Source: Candidatus Latescibacterota bacterium
Lineage (GTDB): Bacteria > Latescibacterota > UBA2968 > GCA-2709665
Reading direction: 5' to 3'
Length of the DNA stretch: 64,000 nt
Assembly (NCBI GenBank): GCA_965248435.1
Contig: OZ252100.1
Span: forward strand, 2,752,001-2,816,000
Shown here: in pieces, positions 38,484-48,915 of the stretch
Position numbering within the stretch: the first letter of the stretch is position 1
How the letters are laid out: every line of letters starts with the position of its first letter
Notes under the pieces: model-generated
Seen by the model: only the letters and a program-made list of their open reading frames with translations
What the model was told of the DNA's origin: nothing
Database searches by the model: none
Position numbers and translations under genes: made by a program

Positions 38484-38800
38484 CCCTCAGGGCCGCGGTG
38501 TGCGACTCCGATGCAACCAGCCCATTTCTCCTCCCAGCGGGTTGGTTCCTCAGTGATCGCGAGCGCGTGGTGAGGATTTGGCCTTCCTGCCGTGGACTGT
38601 TTATGCCACTGAGGGTGAGGTGCCGCGGCCGGAGCCTCCCCGGCGCCTGAGGGGTGCCTTTCTTTTGCCTTCGGGCGCGGCACGCCGCGCCCCTACGGCG
38701 AAATCTTGGAGTGTAGGGGCACAGCCGCGCTGTGCCCAAGGGTGGCGGTCGCGGTAGCCCTTTTCTTGTGGTGAGACAAGAAAAGTAGGTCGCCGAAGGC
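38484..38800. repeat. Composite structured repeat, copy B
   Basis: Near-identical to copy C and homologous to copy A. Confidence 0.92.
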
Positions 38801-39013
38801 ATGTTGTTCTGACATCGTGATTGCACCCACCCCGACCAGGAGGGGACTGGCCTCTCTCAAACTCACGAAAGAGATCGCTCGAACCCATCAGGGCCGCGGT
38901 GTGCGACTCCCTTGCGTGATGCATCTTGAAATCCCCCTCAGTCCCCCTTTTCCAAAGGGGGAAGAGTTTCATTAATGCGTGTGTTTGAACGAAAGCAATG
39001 TCATCGCTCAAAA

Positions 39014-39318
39014 CCATCAGGGCCGCGGTGTGCGACTCCGGTGCAACCAGCCCATTTCTCCTCCCAGCGGGTTGGTTCCTCAGCGATCGCGAGCGCGTGA
39101 TGAGGATTTGGCCTTCCTGCCGTGGACTGTTCAGGCCACTGAGGGTGAGGTGCCGCGGCCGGAGCCCCCCGGCACCTGAGGGGCGCCCTTCTTTTGCCTT
39201 CGGGCGCGGCACGCCGCGCCCCTACGGCGAAATCTTGGAGTGTAGGGGCACAGCCGCGCTGTGCCCAAGGGTGGCGGTTGCGGTAGCCCTTTTCTTGTGG
39301 CGAGACAAGAAAAGTAGG
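39014..39318. repeat. Composite structured repeat, copy C (a 24-bp head fragment also lies at about 38885)
   Basis: ccatcagggccgcggtgtgcgact...acaagaaaagtagg, a direct repeat of copy B. Confidence 0.92.
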
Positions 39319-39587
39319 GTACCGGTAGCAACGTTCGGAAGCCCGTCGGCATCGACTTCGTGATTATCCACGGCGAGTTCGTGATCGAAGACAGCGAGCC
39401 GACGGGCGGGACGCCGAAGGCATGATGTTGTGAAGTTCGCGATGTTACCCACCCCGACCCGGGAGGGGACTTGCAATCCTCTCTTGGTATGCCCCTTGAA
39501 TATGAAAGCCCTATTCAGGGTTTCGCCAGCAGGAGCTGGCTCCTACCACATTTATCTTTTGGTTCGGAAAGCACGACCTTTTGGCTT

Positions 39588-40673
39588 TCATTCCGCAATC
39601 CCTGCTTTGTCTCCGAGAGCTGAACGAAGCTCTTTGACGATCTCCTCAACCTGCTTCCGCTTTTCGTGATCCCCGGCGAGAGCCAGAAACCGCTCATACG
39701 CCTGTAGTGCATCTTCGTACTGACGGGTTTCCACAAGGTCGATCGCAAGGTTCAGGTGTGCGTTGGCGTGTTGAGGATCGACTTCTATCGCTTCCTTATA
39801 AGCCAGGATGGCCTTCTCGGGAGCCCCCATTCTATCGTAGACGAGCCCCAGGTTATAAAAGACCTGAACGTCGTCCGAATGCAGATCCTTCAGCCTTTCG
39901 TAAACGGTTGCTGCCCGGCCCCATTGTCCAGCGATGTGGTGGACGCTCGCCAGCTTGCGCAGAAGGTCCAGGTCTTCTGGACGACGGACCAGCATCTTCC
40001 GGTAAACGGCGACTGCCGCTTCGGTGTTCCCGGCAGTCGTGTAGAGGTCACCCAGCTGAGATCGCACCTCCTGGGAGGTCGAATCCAGGCGTGAGGCCAT
40101 TTCATAATGTCTGATCGCGAGGGAGACTTCATCGTTGGAATAAATCCGGCCCAGCGCTATGTGGCCCCGCACATCCTTGAACTCTAACGCCAGTCGGGTA
40201 TAGGCCGCCACGGCATTCGTCGTATCGGCCACTCCCTCGTAGGCCCCCGCCAGCCTGTGCAGCGCGTCTTGAAACTTCGGCGACTGTTCGAGAGCCACTC
40301 GGAATGATGGTATTGCCACCTGATAGGCACGAAGGCTTAAGTGAGCGAGGCCCAGGTTGTAATGTGCCTCCGGATAGTTCGGCTGCAGTTCGATCGCCTC
40401 TCCGAGCGCGAGTACGGCACCCCGATGAAACCCGGTCTTCATATAGGCGACACCCAGACCGAAGTGGGCTTTCACCATACCCGGGCTTTCCTGAAGCGCC
40501 AGCTGATATTCTTCGATAGAATCGTTAAGGCGCCCCCGAGAGTAAAAGGCGACGGCACGGTCGTAGTGATCCCTCGCCTCAGGGCTGCCTGATTTCATCG
40601 ATCCGGCACAGCCGGTCAGAACCAAAATCGCGATTACGGATCTCGGCACGCTCAAGGCTGCTATTCTCCTCAT
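39588..40673 (-). CDS. TPR-repeat lipoprotein
   Basis: Lipobox LTGC and repeated AHxxLG TPR units. Confidence 0.88.
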   Translation of the reverse strand: MRRIAALSVPRSVIAILVLTGCAGSMKSGSPEARDHYDRAVAFYSRGRLNDSIEEYQLALQESPGMVKAHFGLGVAYMKTGFHRGAVLALGEAIELQPNYPEAHYNLGLAHLSLRAYQVAIPSFRVALEQSPKFQDALHRLAGAYEGVADTTNAVAAYTRLALEFKDVRGHIALGRIYSNDEVSLAIRHYEMASRLDSTSQEVRSQLGDLYTTAGNTEAAVAVYRKMLVRRPEDLDLLRKLASVHHIAGQWGRAATVYERLKDLHSDDVQVFYNLGLVYDRMGAPEKAILAYKEAIEVDPQHANAHLNLAIDLVETRQYEDALQAYERFLALAGDHEKRKQVEEIVKELRSALGDKAGIAE

Positions 40674-40835
40674 TTCATAAGAGTTAGGCGCTTTTTCGTT
40701 GACACATCGCCCGGGGAAAGCCTATTTTACACTCCCTTTAGATGCCTCGGGACACTTTTTGTTCTGGGAAAGATCCCACTTTTCAGTTGGACTCTCGAAA
40801 TGCGACAAGACGAGCCTCGAGATACGAGATACGAG

Positions 40836-42014
40836 ATGCGAGATACGCTCCTTGACCACAATCTGGGCACGCACATCCCTGCGCTTCGCGAGTTCGAGTC
40901 CACTCCTGAACTGGAAGCCTCCCCACTCTATGCCAGGCTGAAACGAGACATCGATACGGTCCTGGGTGGGATCCTCTACGGGGGAGAACAGCAAAGCAAC
41001 TCCTCTCCACCGCCCACTTCGATCCGCGCCACCGCCTGGAACCTCGAGCGTGGGCTTAATCTCGAGGGCATTCTCCGAATCCTTGGAGAACATCCCAGGA
41101 TGCGGGAAAGTGACCTCTTTCTCTTGACGGAGCTCGACCATGGGATGGCGCGGTCGGGAAACCGCTTCGTGGCCAAGGAAATCGCCAGCGCGCTCGGACT
41201 CCAATACGCATTTGCGCCGTGCTACTTGAGCCTCGACAAGGGTAGTGGCATTGAACAGCTCACCCGAGGCGAAAACGAACAGGCCCTGCACGGCAACGCC
41301 CTATTCTCACGCTATCCCATTCGGGATGCGCACACGGTCTCCCTCCCGAACGGCAAAGACAAAATGAAGGGAACGGAAAAGCGTTTGGGATGTCAGAGGG
41401 CGGTTGTCGGCACGGTGGATCACCCCCTCGGCCTATTCCGAGCTGTCTCCCTTCACCTGGATGCCCACTCCTCCCAAAAGCACCGTCTTCGTCAGATGAA
41501 TCTCGTTCTGGACCATCTCGAAGGCCTCACACCTGTGCTGCCCATCCTCATTGGAGGAGATTGGAACACCTCCACCTACAATTCAAGCCGAGCGCTTTTC
41601 TCCATACTTGGCTACTTCAGACGCGTCTTGATGGGTGTGGGCAACGTGATCAGAAACCACTACCCCTATCCGGATCGCTGGTTCGAACGTCGTCTGTTTC
41701 GTCGGATCGAGCGACGAGGATTTCGTTATCGAGACCTGAACGAACCAGGGGCCTGCACGCTTCACTATGACGTAAAGGACCTCGTCTCAAACGGCGGCCT
41801 GGCCGAGTGGATTCCTCGATGGTGCTTTTGGTTCATCAACTGGGCCCTCCAGGGCAACGACGGCCGATGTTCGTTCAAACTCGACTGGTTTGCCGGCAGA
41901 AGCATCCGCCCGGTCTCTGAATCTCCACCCGGAGTGATCAGCGGCCTGAACGACACGTATGGCCGAGTCTCGGATCACGATCCCATCCTCCTCGATTTCA
42001 TCCCTGAAGAATAG
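40836..42014 (+). CDS. Endonuclease/exonuclease/phosphatase (EEP) family protein
   Basis: Motifs TAWNLERG, LTELD, GNALFSRYPI, GGDWN, KLDW and SDH. Confidence 0.9.
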   Translation: MRDTLLDHNLGTHIPALREFESTPELEASPLYARLKRDIDTVLGGILYGGEQQSNSSPPPTSIRATAWNLERGLNLEGILRILGEHPRMRESDLFLLTELDHGMARSGNRFVAKEIASALGLQYAFAPCYLSLDKGSGIEQLTRGENEQALHGNALFSRYPIRDAHTVSLPNGKDKMKGTEKRLGCQRAVVGTVDHPLGLFRAVSLHLDAHSSQKHRLRQMNLVLDHLEGLTPVLPILIGGDWNTSTYNSSRALFSILGYFRRVLMGVGNVIRNHYPYPDRWFERRLFRRIERRGFRYRDLNEPGACTLHYDVKDLVSNGGLAEWIPRWCFWFINWALQGNDGRCSFKLDWFAGRSIRPVSESPPGVISGLNDTYGRVSDHDPILLDFIPEE

Positions 42015-42239
42015 GTAGAACTGAAGAACCTTCCATTCTGACAGACGCCCTGGGTAAACGCGAAACGGGGCACCCCTCCCAGGAGGTGGATTGATGAATT
42101 TGTCCGGTTTTACGCCTTATGAATATGAAAGTCCCCTCCTCGGAGGGGACTTAGGGCTGGGTCCGGCGTCCAGGACTCCCCCCTTTAAGCCGTGCCGCAG
42201 AGAGCGACTGGGGGGTTAGGTCGGTGATGCAAGGTACGG

Positions 42240-43061
42240 TCACCTGACCCGTGAACGCAGAAACGCCAGGCTTTGCTCCATCCACACCTCGTGCTCCTGA
42301 CTGTCCGGCGGCAGTCGCAGCTTGATCGCGACTGTCGTCCCGTCCGGGTCGGGCAGCTGCTCTGCCATCATGCGTAAAATCGTCTCGAAATCGACCGATC
42401 CCTGACCGATCGGCGTGCCCCAGATCGTGACCTGATTGGACCGCCCCGGGTAGACGCGCGCATCCTTGAACGCCACAGCGATCGCGTGAGGAAGCACCGA
42501 TCTGGCCGCATCCACAGGATCTTCGCAGACCGGCAGCGCATTCGCGGTGTCGAACGCCATCCCAAGATGCGAGTGATCGACCGCTTCCATCACTGAGACC
42601 AGCTCCTTCCCCCGGTAGTCCAGGTGCGGCAGCAGCCCCAGCTGGATCTCTCTATCCGATGCCGCCTCCGCTACAGGTCCCAGGTGATCGGTCATCTGCT
42701 TCAACTGATCCACCAGCGGGGGCTCATTCGTAAATCGGTTATGCATTTTGGTCTGTCCGAAGATAACCAGAGATTTTACACCTCCGTTTGTCGCCACATC
42801 AAAGGCTTTCTGAGCCCGACCCAACAGGCCGTTTACTCCACCCTCCGGCGTCACAAAGTCCTCACACCAGTAGCCGATCCAGCGGATCCCCAGATCGGCC
42901 GCCGCCTTTCCGACTTCTCTGGGATCATCCTTGCCCTCGAGCGGCAGCGACGCCTCAAGGGCGCCCAGACCAAGTTCTGAGCAGTGTTCCAGCAGCCACA
43001 AGAGCGGCTTTCGTTCAGGCAGCAGGCTGGTGTACGACGGAGATGAAAATCCAAGAATCAC
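42240..43061 (-). CDS. Sugar phosphate isomerase/epimerase (xylose isomerase-like TIM barrel)
   Basis: Motifs GMAFDTAN, KD and GQGSVDF. The usual ENH and HxKD positions appear altered (LPH, AFKD). Confidence 0.75.
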   Translation of the reverse strand: MILGFSSPSYTSLLPERKPLLWLLEHCSELGLGALEASLPLEGKDDPREVGKAAADLGIRWIGYWCEDFVTPEGGVNGLLGRAQKAFDVATNGGVKSLVIFGQTKMHNRFTNEPPLVDQLKQMTDHLGPVAEAASDREIQLGLLPHLDYRGKELVSVMEAVDHSHLGMAFDTANALPVCEDPVDAARSVLPHAIAVAFKDARVYPGRSNQVTIWGTPIGQGSVDFETILRMMAEQLPDPDGTTVAIKLRLPPDSQEHEVWMEQSLAFLRSRVR

Positions 43062-43189
43062 GGGCTCCTCCTCATTAGCTACTTTCCTTCATCGAATACG
43101 GATTCTTAAGTTGGTATACCCATGATAGAAAAAACGAGTTAAATTAGCCACCTGAGATACGAATTCGATACGGTCAATGCGAGGGTGGG

Positions 43190-44983
43190 ATGAAAGACAA
43201 CGACGAGACAAGGGATCAGGAAACGAGGGAACGTCTTGGCAAAATCTTCGATTTTTCCAACGACGCTATATTCATTATCGATCCAGAGGGTGATGAAATC
43301 CTCGACGTAAACCCCAGCGCCTGTCGGATGCTCGGGTATTCTCGCGAAGAGTTGCTGTCTCTGGCCGTATCTGCAATTCATCCGGATGAGATGCCACAGC
43401 TGCGGGCCTTTGCGAAATCGGTTCTAGAAGACGGAAAGGGATGGACTAATGAACTCACGTGCTTGACGAAGGGCAGCCAGACGCTGCCGGCGGAGATCTC
43501 GGCCTCGATTGTTGATATTCGTGGGAAAACTTGTATGATCGCTCTCGTCCGCGATATCAGCCAGCGGAAAAGGGCCGAGGAGGCGCTTGTCCGCCTGGCC
43601 TCGTTTCCCGAACAGAATCCGAATCCTGTCGTTGAGACCGACCTTAACGGGAAGGTAACTTACCTCAATCCCCTAGCAAGCGAACGATTTCCAGATCTGG
43701 AGACAGCCGGTCTTGAGCATGCATTGTTTGAAGGGTTGAGAGCGATTGTTAGCGAACTTAAGGAAGGGGGCGCGGAATCTATCGTTCGAGAGATTGAGAT
43801 TGGAGACTGCACATACGATCAAAAAGTGACCCATGTCTCCGAGAGCGGCATCGTGCGTATCTTCGCACATGACATCACCAAGCGCAAGCAAGCAGAGCAA
43901 GCACTGCAGGAAGCGAACGAGAAGCTGGAAAGACGGGTTGCGGAGCGAACAGCCGAACTCTCCGACGCCCTAACGGAAGTAGAGGACCTCAAGAATCGTC
44001 TCCAGGCCGAGAACGTCTATCTGCAGGAGGAGATCAAGCTCCAGCACAACTTCGACGAAATCATCAGCCGCAGTGAGGCGCTTAACAGCGTGCTGCGGAA
44101 GGTGGAACAGGTTGCTTCGACGGATGCCACAGTGCTGATTCTGGGTGAGACCGGTACTGGAAAAGAGCTGCTCGCCCGGGCTGTCCATAATATCAGCGCA
44201 CGCAAAGATCGTCCGCTGGTCAAGGTAAACTGTGCGGCCCTGCCCGCAAACCTGATCGAAAGCGAACTGTTCGGCCACGAGAAGGGGGCCTTTACGGGGG
44301 CGCTCGCGCAAAAGGTCGGGCGTTTTGAATTGGCCGATGGCGGAACGGCTTTCCTGGACGAGATCGGCGACCTGCCGCTGGAGTTGCAGTCCAAACTGCT
44401 CAGGGTCCTCCAGGAGGGAGAATTCGAGCGCCTTGGGGACCCGAGAACCGTCAAGGTGGATGCCCGAGTGATTGCGGCCACAAACCGTGACCTGGAGAAG
44501 GCGATAGATACCGGGGACTTTCGCGAAGATCTCTACTACAGGCTGAACGTCTTTCCGATCGTGAGCCCCCCACTTCGGGACCGCAAAGAAGATATTCCCC
44601 TCCTGGTAAACCATTTTCTTATGAAGTTTGGCGCGAAGATGGGCAAGAAGATCGAAACGATTCCGCAAAAAGAATTCGACAAACTGCAGGCCTACCACTG
44701 GCCGGGCAATGTTCGGGAGCTGGAAAATGTGATCGAGCGGGCCATGATCACCAGTCCAGGAACACAACTGGAATTGGGCGACTGGCTCCCGAGAACCCGT
44801 GCCTCGTCCGGCGGGTCCACGGTTTCTACCCTCGAGGAACTTGAGCGGGAGCATATCCTAAGGGTGCTGGAACAAACGGGCTGGCGGGTGAGCGGAGAAA
44901 AGGGTGCGGCAAAGATTCTGGAAATAAAGCCAACGACCTTGCAGGCCAGGATGAAAAAACTGGGGATCAAGCGCAAGAGATGA
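43190..44983 (+). CDS. Sigma-54 enhancer-binding protein, PAS-PAS-AAA-HTH (FhlA-like)
   Basis: Motifs [46 protein letters not shown] and a Fis-type HTH. Confidence 0.96.
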   Translation: MKDNDETRDQETRERLGKIFDFSNDAIFIIDPEGDEILDVNPSACRMLGYSREELLSLAVSAIHPDEMPQLRAFAKSVLEDGKGWTNELTCLTKGSQTLPAEISASIVDIRGKTCMIALVRDISQRKRAEEALVRLASFPEQNPNPVVETDLNGKVTYLNPLASERFPDLETAGLEHALFEGLRAIVSELKEGGAESIVREIEIGDCTYDQKVTHVSESGIVRIFAHDITKRKQAEQALQEANEKLERRVAERTAELSDALTEVEDLKNRLQAENVYLQEEIKLQHNFDEIISRSEALNSVLRKVEQVASTDATVLILGETGTGKELLARAVHNISARKDRPLVKVNCAALPANLIESELFGHEKGAFTGALAQKVGRFELADGGTAFLDEIGDLPLELQSKLLRVLQEGEFERLGDPRTVKVDARVIAATNRDLEKAIDTGDFREDLYYRLNVFPIVSPPLRDRKEDIPLLVNHFLMKFGAKMGKKIETIPQKEFDKLQAYHWPGNVRELENVIERAMITSPGTQLELGDWLPRTRASSGGSTVSTLEELEREHILRVLEQTGWRVSGEKGAAKILEIKPTTLQARMKKLGIKRKR

Positions 44984-44985
44984 GA

Positions 44986-45022
44986 ATTCTCAATATTTGA
45001 CGAGTCTCCAAGATATTGGGAT
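44986..45022. promoter_or_regulatory. Putative enhancer (UAS) dyad
   Basis: ttctCAATATttg...caagATATTGgga about 100 bp upstream of a -24/-12 element. A paralogous dyad lies at 60151-60187. Confidence 0.55.
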
Positions 45023-45117
45023 TTTTTTGTCTCTTCCGAAGGCCCGTAAAACGGTTCTGTTGAGTTTGGTGTTGTATTTCCAACCATTTGAGTCATTTCT
45101 CAAATGGTTTTTGTTTT

Positions 45118-45133
45118 TGGCATACGCCTTGCG
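45118..45133 (+). promoter_or_regulatory. Sigma-54 -24/-12 promoter (prkA operon leader)
   Basis: TGGCATACGCCTTGCG fits GG-N10-GC and is preceded by an AT-rich dyad aaccatttgag-N6-ctcaaatggtt. Confidence 0.8.
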
Positions 45134-45625
45134 ATGCGAGACAGTGCAATGGAGAATACAACTCACACGATCCTGACCGACTTCGAAAAGGAGGGCGTTA
45201 TGTTGGGAAGACTTTCACACCGTATGGTATATCTCCACGACCAGACCTGGCCCATAAGACCTTCTTGGCTCCCACAAATCAGAAGGAAATATCGTCGAGG
45301 ACTGCGAGTTCGAGGATCCAGAAAGTGAACTATTTCAGCCTACTGTTTAAAGCGTTTATTGATTCATTTGTAGAGAACAGGCGTAAGGGCAGCCCTGCGG
45401 CTGGGAATGATCCTAGATGGGGCCTTCCTGGTCAGCCACTCCCTCCCGGCTGCCAGAAGCGCTCCTTGCGGGGATGCCATTTAGGGAGCATCCCCGCAGG
45501 GTACAAAGGCCTTCAATTTATCGAGGCGGGTGCGCCGAAATAGGACAAAGTGTGCAAGGTTAGAAAGAAGACAGCCCGTAATATTTACGATTTCAGTTGC
45601 TAAGTATCCTAAAGGAGGTTTGGCC

Positions 45626-47569
45626 ATGTCTACGTTAGTAGCCCCTACGACAGACCGATTAGGCTGGTTCAAGGAACTGTATGACCGACATCAAGAGGAA
45701 GTGATGGATCTCCTGGAATATCTCGAGCTGTGTGAGAGTGATTCGATGATGTATGCTTCACCCCACGATCGACTTCTAAGGGCTATCGGCGAGCCTGTGC
45801 TCCTCGATACGAGCCCGGATGAGCGTCTCAGTCGAATCTTTTCGAACCGCGTGATTCGAACGTATCCGCCGTTTGTAGAGTTCTACGGCATGGAGGATAC
45901 GATTGACAGCATTGTTTCATTTTTGAGGCACGGGGCCCAAGGGTTAGAGGAAGTGAAACAGATTCTGTATCTCCTTGGCCCCGTCGGGGGCGGAAAATCG
46001 TCACTTGCCGAACGTATTAAGGAACTTATGGAACAAGAGCCATTCTATGCGATATACGGATCTCCCATAAATGAATCTCCGCTCGGATTGTTTGCTGATC
46101 AATTTCAGCGAAAGGCGCTTGAGGACAGATACGACATCCCGTCACGGTGCGTTCCACCGATCATGTCTCCTTGGGCAGCAAAGCGCCTCCAGGAGTTTGA
46201 GGGAGACATCACGAAGTTTAAAGTAGTGAAACTCTACCCCTCTATCCTCAATCAGATCGCGATTTCGAAAACAGAGCCCGGAGACGAAAACAATCAAGAC
46301 ATCTCTTCGCTTGTGGGCAAAGTCGATATTCGGAAGCTAGAAGCGTTTTCTCAAGACGATCCGGACGCATATAGCTTTTCCGGAGGCCTCGCTCGCGGAA
46401 ACCAGGGCTTGTTGGAGTTTGTGGAGATGTTCAAAGCCCCTATCAAAACGCTGAACCCGTTACTTACGGCTACTCAGGAAGGCAATTACAAGGGCACCGA
46501 AGGACTGGGGGCGATACCTTTCACCGGTATTGTACTGGCACACTCGAATGAGTCTGAGTGGAAGGAATTCCACGCAAACAAACGCAACGAAGCGTTTATA
46601 GATCGAGTCAACATCGTAAAAGTGCCCTATTGCCTGCGAGTTTCCGAAGAGGAAGAGATCTACAAGAAGCTCATCCGCCACAGCTCACTCACGCAGGCGA
46701 CCTGTGCACCTCAGACGCTTAGGATGATGGCCCAATTTTCTGTGCTTTCGCGCTTGAAAGATCCAGGTGAACACTCGAACCTTTTCTCAAAGATGCGCGC
46801 TTATGACGGTGAGAGCCTCAAGGACGTTGACCCGAAGGCCAAGGCCATCCAAGAGTATCGCGATGATGCAGGTGTTGATGAAGGTATGAACGGTGTGTCC
46901 ACTCGATTTGCGTTCAAGATCCTCTCGAAGACCTTTAACTACACTACAAACGAGATTGCGGCGAATCCTGTGCACTTGATGTATGTGCTCAGACAGGAAG
47001 TTCTTCACCTGCAGCACCCGCGTGAGGAGGAATTTCTGGCCTTTACAAACGAGTACCTTGCCGAACGGTATAAGGAATTCATCAGCAAGGAGATCCAGAC
47101 CGCATTTGTAGAGTCGTATTCTGAATATGGCCAAAACATCTTCGATCGGTACGTCCAATACGCAGATTTTTGGATTCGTGATGAAGACTATCGCGACCCC
47201 GATACAGGCGAGATGTTCGATCGAAATGCGCTGAACCAGGAACTTGAGAAAATCGAGAAGCCCGCCAATATTGTAAATCCAAAGGATTTCAGGAACGAGA
47301 TCGTGAACTTCGTTCTGCGTTGGCGAGCGGAACACGGCGGCGAGAACCCAGGGTGGACAAGCTATGAAAAGCTTCGCGAGGTGATCGAGAAGAAGATGTT
47401 CTCGAGCACCGAGGATCTACTGCCGGTCATCTCGTTCACGACAAAGGGTTCGGCTGACGAACAGCAGAAGCACGATGACTTTGTGCAACGTATGATGGAG
47501 AGAGGGTATACGGAAAATCAGGTCCGCCTGGTAGTGGACTGGTTTCAGCGTGTGCGAAGGTCTTCTTGA
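45626..47569 (+). CDS. prkA: PrkA/YeaG family AAA serine kinase
   Basis: Motifs FYGME, LLGPVGGGKS, KTEPGDENNQDIS, EFVEMFKAP and AHSNESEW. AAGGAGG RBS precedes ATG 45626. Confidence 0.96.
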   Translation: MSTLVAPTTDRLGWFKELYDRHQEEVMDLLEYLELCESDSMMYASPHDRLLRAIGEPVLLDTSPDERLSRIFSNRVIRTYPPFVEFYGMEDTIDSIVSFLRHGAQGLEEVKQILYLLGPVGGGKSSLAERIKELMEQEPFYAIYGSPINESPLGLFADQFQRKALEDRYDIPSRCVPPIMSPWAAKRLQEFEGDITKFKVVKLYPSILNQIAISKTEPGDENNQDISSLVGKVDIRKLEAFSQDDPDAYSFSGGLARGNQGLLEFVEMFKAPIKTLNPLLTATQEGNYKGTEGLGAIPFTGIVLAHSNESEWKEFHANKRNEAFIDRVNIVKVPYCLRVSEEEEIYKKLIRHSSLTQATCAPQTLRMMAQFSVLSRLKDPGEHSNLFSKMRAYDGESLKDVDPKAKAIQEYRDDAGVDEGMNGVSTRFAFKILSKTFNYTTNEIAANPVHLMYVLRQEVLHLQHPREEEFLAFTNEYLAERYKEFISKEIQTAFVESYSEYGQNIFDRYVQYADFWIRDEDYRDPDTGEMFDRNALNQELEKIEKPANIVNPKDFRNEIVNFVLRWRAEHGGENPGWTSYEKLREVIEKKMFSSTEDLLPVISFTTKGSADEQQKHDDFVQRMMERGYTENQVRLVVDWFQRVRRSS

Positions 47570-47607
47570 GCTCTAGGGAGCGGGCGCTGTCGATGGGAGG
47601 GCAAACC

Positions 47608-48915
47608 ATGAAATTCGAAATTATCGACCGACGGAAAAATCCCAAAGGAAAGAGCCTTGCCAATCGACAGCGCTTTCTGAAGCGCCACGCCAGGGAGATG
47701 AAAGCCGCAGTCGGGGAAAGAATTCGTGAATCAGATGTGAAGGACATTGGTTCGGATCGCCCGAAACGGATAAAGATGTCTCCGAAGGGCGCGAATGAGC
47801 CGGTGTTTCGCCACGGAGACGGAGGCATTATTGAGCGCGTTTTGCCCGGAAACAAGGAATTCAGACCAGGGGACACCATCCCACGTCCTTCCGGTGAATC
47901 TGGAAACGGTTCACAAGGCGCCCCCGACGGCGAGGGCGAAGACGATTTCGTCTTTGAAATCTCACAGGAGGAGTTTCTGCAGTATTTCTTCGATGGGCTG
48001 GAACTTCCGGACATGGTAAAAAAGGTACTTGTGGACGATGAAGCGTTCAAGCTTCAACGCGCCGGATTTTCGACAGATGGAACTCCGAGCAACCTCGACC
48101 CCCTCCGAACGATGCGGCATTCTTATGCGAGGAGAATCGCGTTTCGAATGCCGAAGCTGCGCCGGAAGCGAGTGCTTGAGGAGGAGCGCGACATCTTGAA
48201 GAAGCAGACAAAAGACGCAGAGGGTATGAATGGCTCGCTGGAGAGGGAGCGACTTGAGGAAATCGAACGGGAGATTGAAACGCTCGAGTGCCAGATTAAA
48301 GCGATTCCGTTTCTCGATGATGTGGACATTCGTTACCGAAGGCACGAACGTATTCCCATACCCATTACACAGGCCGTCATGTTTTGCATCATGGACGTGT
48401 CGGGAAGCATGGGAGAGTGGGAAAAGGAGATGGCCAAGCGTTTCTTCATGCTGCTCTATCTATTCTTAGTTCGCAATTACGAAAGGGTGGAGGTCGTTTT
48501 CATTCGCCACCACCACACTGCCAAAGAGGTCGAAGAAGAGGAGTTTTTCAGATCCCGGGAATCGGGCGGGACCGTCGTTTCATCAGCCCTCGAGTTGATG
48601 AAGGAGATCATCGCCAAGCGGTACGCACCAACCCAGTGGAATATCTATGCGTGCCAGGCTTCGGATGGCGACAACTTCGCGGAAGATCTTCCAGTTGCCT
48701 TCAAACGGATGGTCGATGAGATCATGCCGCTCGTTCAATACTATGCCTACATCGAGGTAGATGAACGCGAAGACAGTGAACTTTGGCCGGTCTATGAGTC
48801 TGTTAGAGATGCATACCCGAATTTTGCAATGGCTAGGATCTCCGATGCGGCCGACATCTACCCTGTCTTCAGAGGGCTGTTCGAACCACGCAGACAAGAG
48901 GTGACCCATGCCTGA
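47608..48915 (+). CDS. yeaH: YeaH/YhbH (DUF444) vWA-like protein
   Basis: Motifs IIDRR.N...KS..NRQRF, PGNKEF, MDVSGSM, ESGGT and QASDGDN. Confidence 0.94.
   Translation: MKFEIIDRRKNPKGKSLANRQRFLKRHAREMKAAVGERIRESDVKDIGSDRPKRIKMSPKGANEPVFRHGDGGIIERVLPGNKEFRPGDTIPRPSGESGNGSQGAPDGEGEDDFVFEISQEEFLQYFFDGLELPDMVKKVLVDDEAFKLQRAGFSTDGTPSNLDPLRTMRHSYARRIAFRMPKLRRKRVLEEERDILKKQTKDAEGMNGSLERERLEEIEREIETLECQIKAIPFLDDVDIRYRRHERIPIPITQAVMFCIMDVSGSMGEWEKEMAKRFFMLLYLFLVRNYERVEVVFIRHHHTAKEVEEEEFFRSRESGGTVVSSALELMKEIIAKRYAPTQWNIYACQASDGDNFAEDLPVAFKRMVDEIMPLVQYYAYIEVDEREDSELWPVYESVRDAYPNFAMARISDAADIYPVFRGLFEPRRQEVTHA

Noticed and set aside
38484-39318. CRISPR-like reading of the recurring 24-bp head ccatcagggccgcggtgtgcgact
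   Set aside because: Spacing is irregular (about 400 and 130 bp), the intervening DNA is itself repeated, and no cas genes are present.
38057-39476. ORFs starting MPRP.. and others spanning the composite repeats (also 27308..27643)
   Set aside because: Frames break differently between copies, so they arise from GC-rich palindromic DNA.
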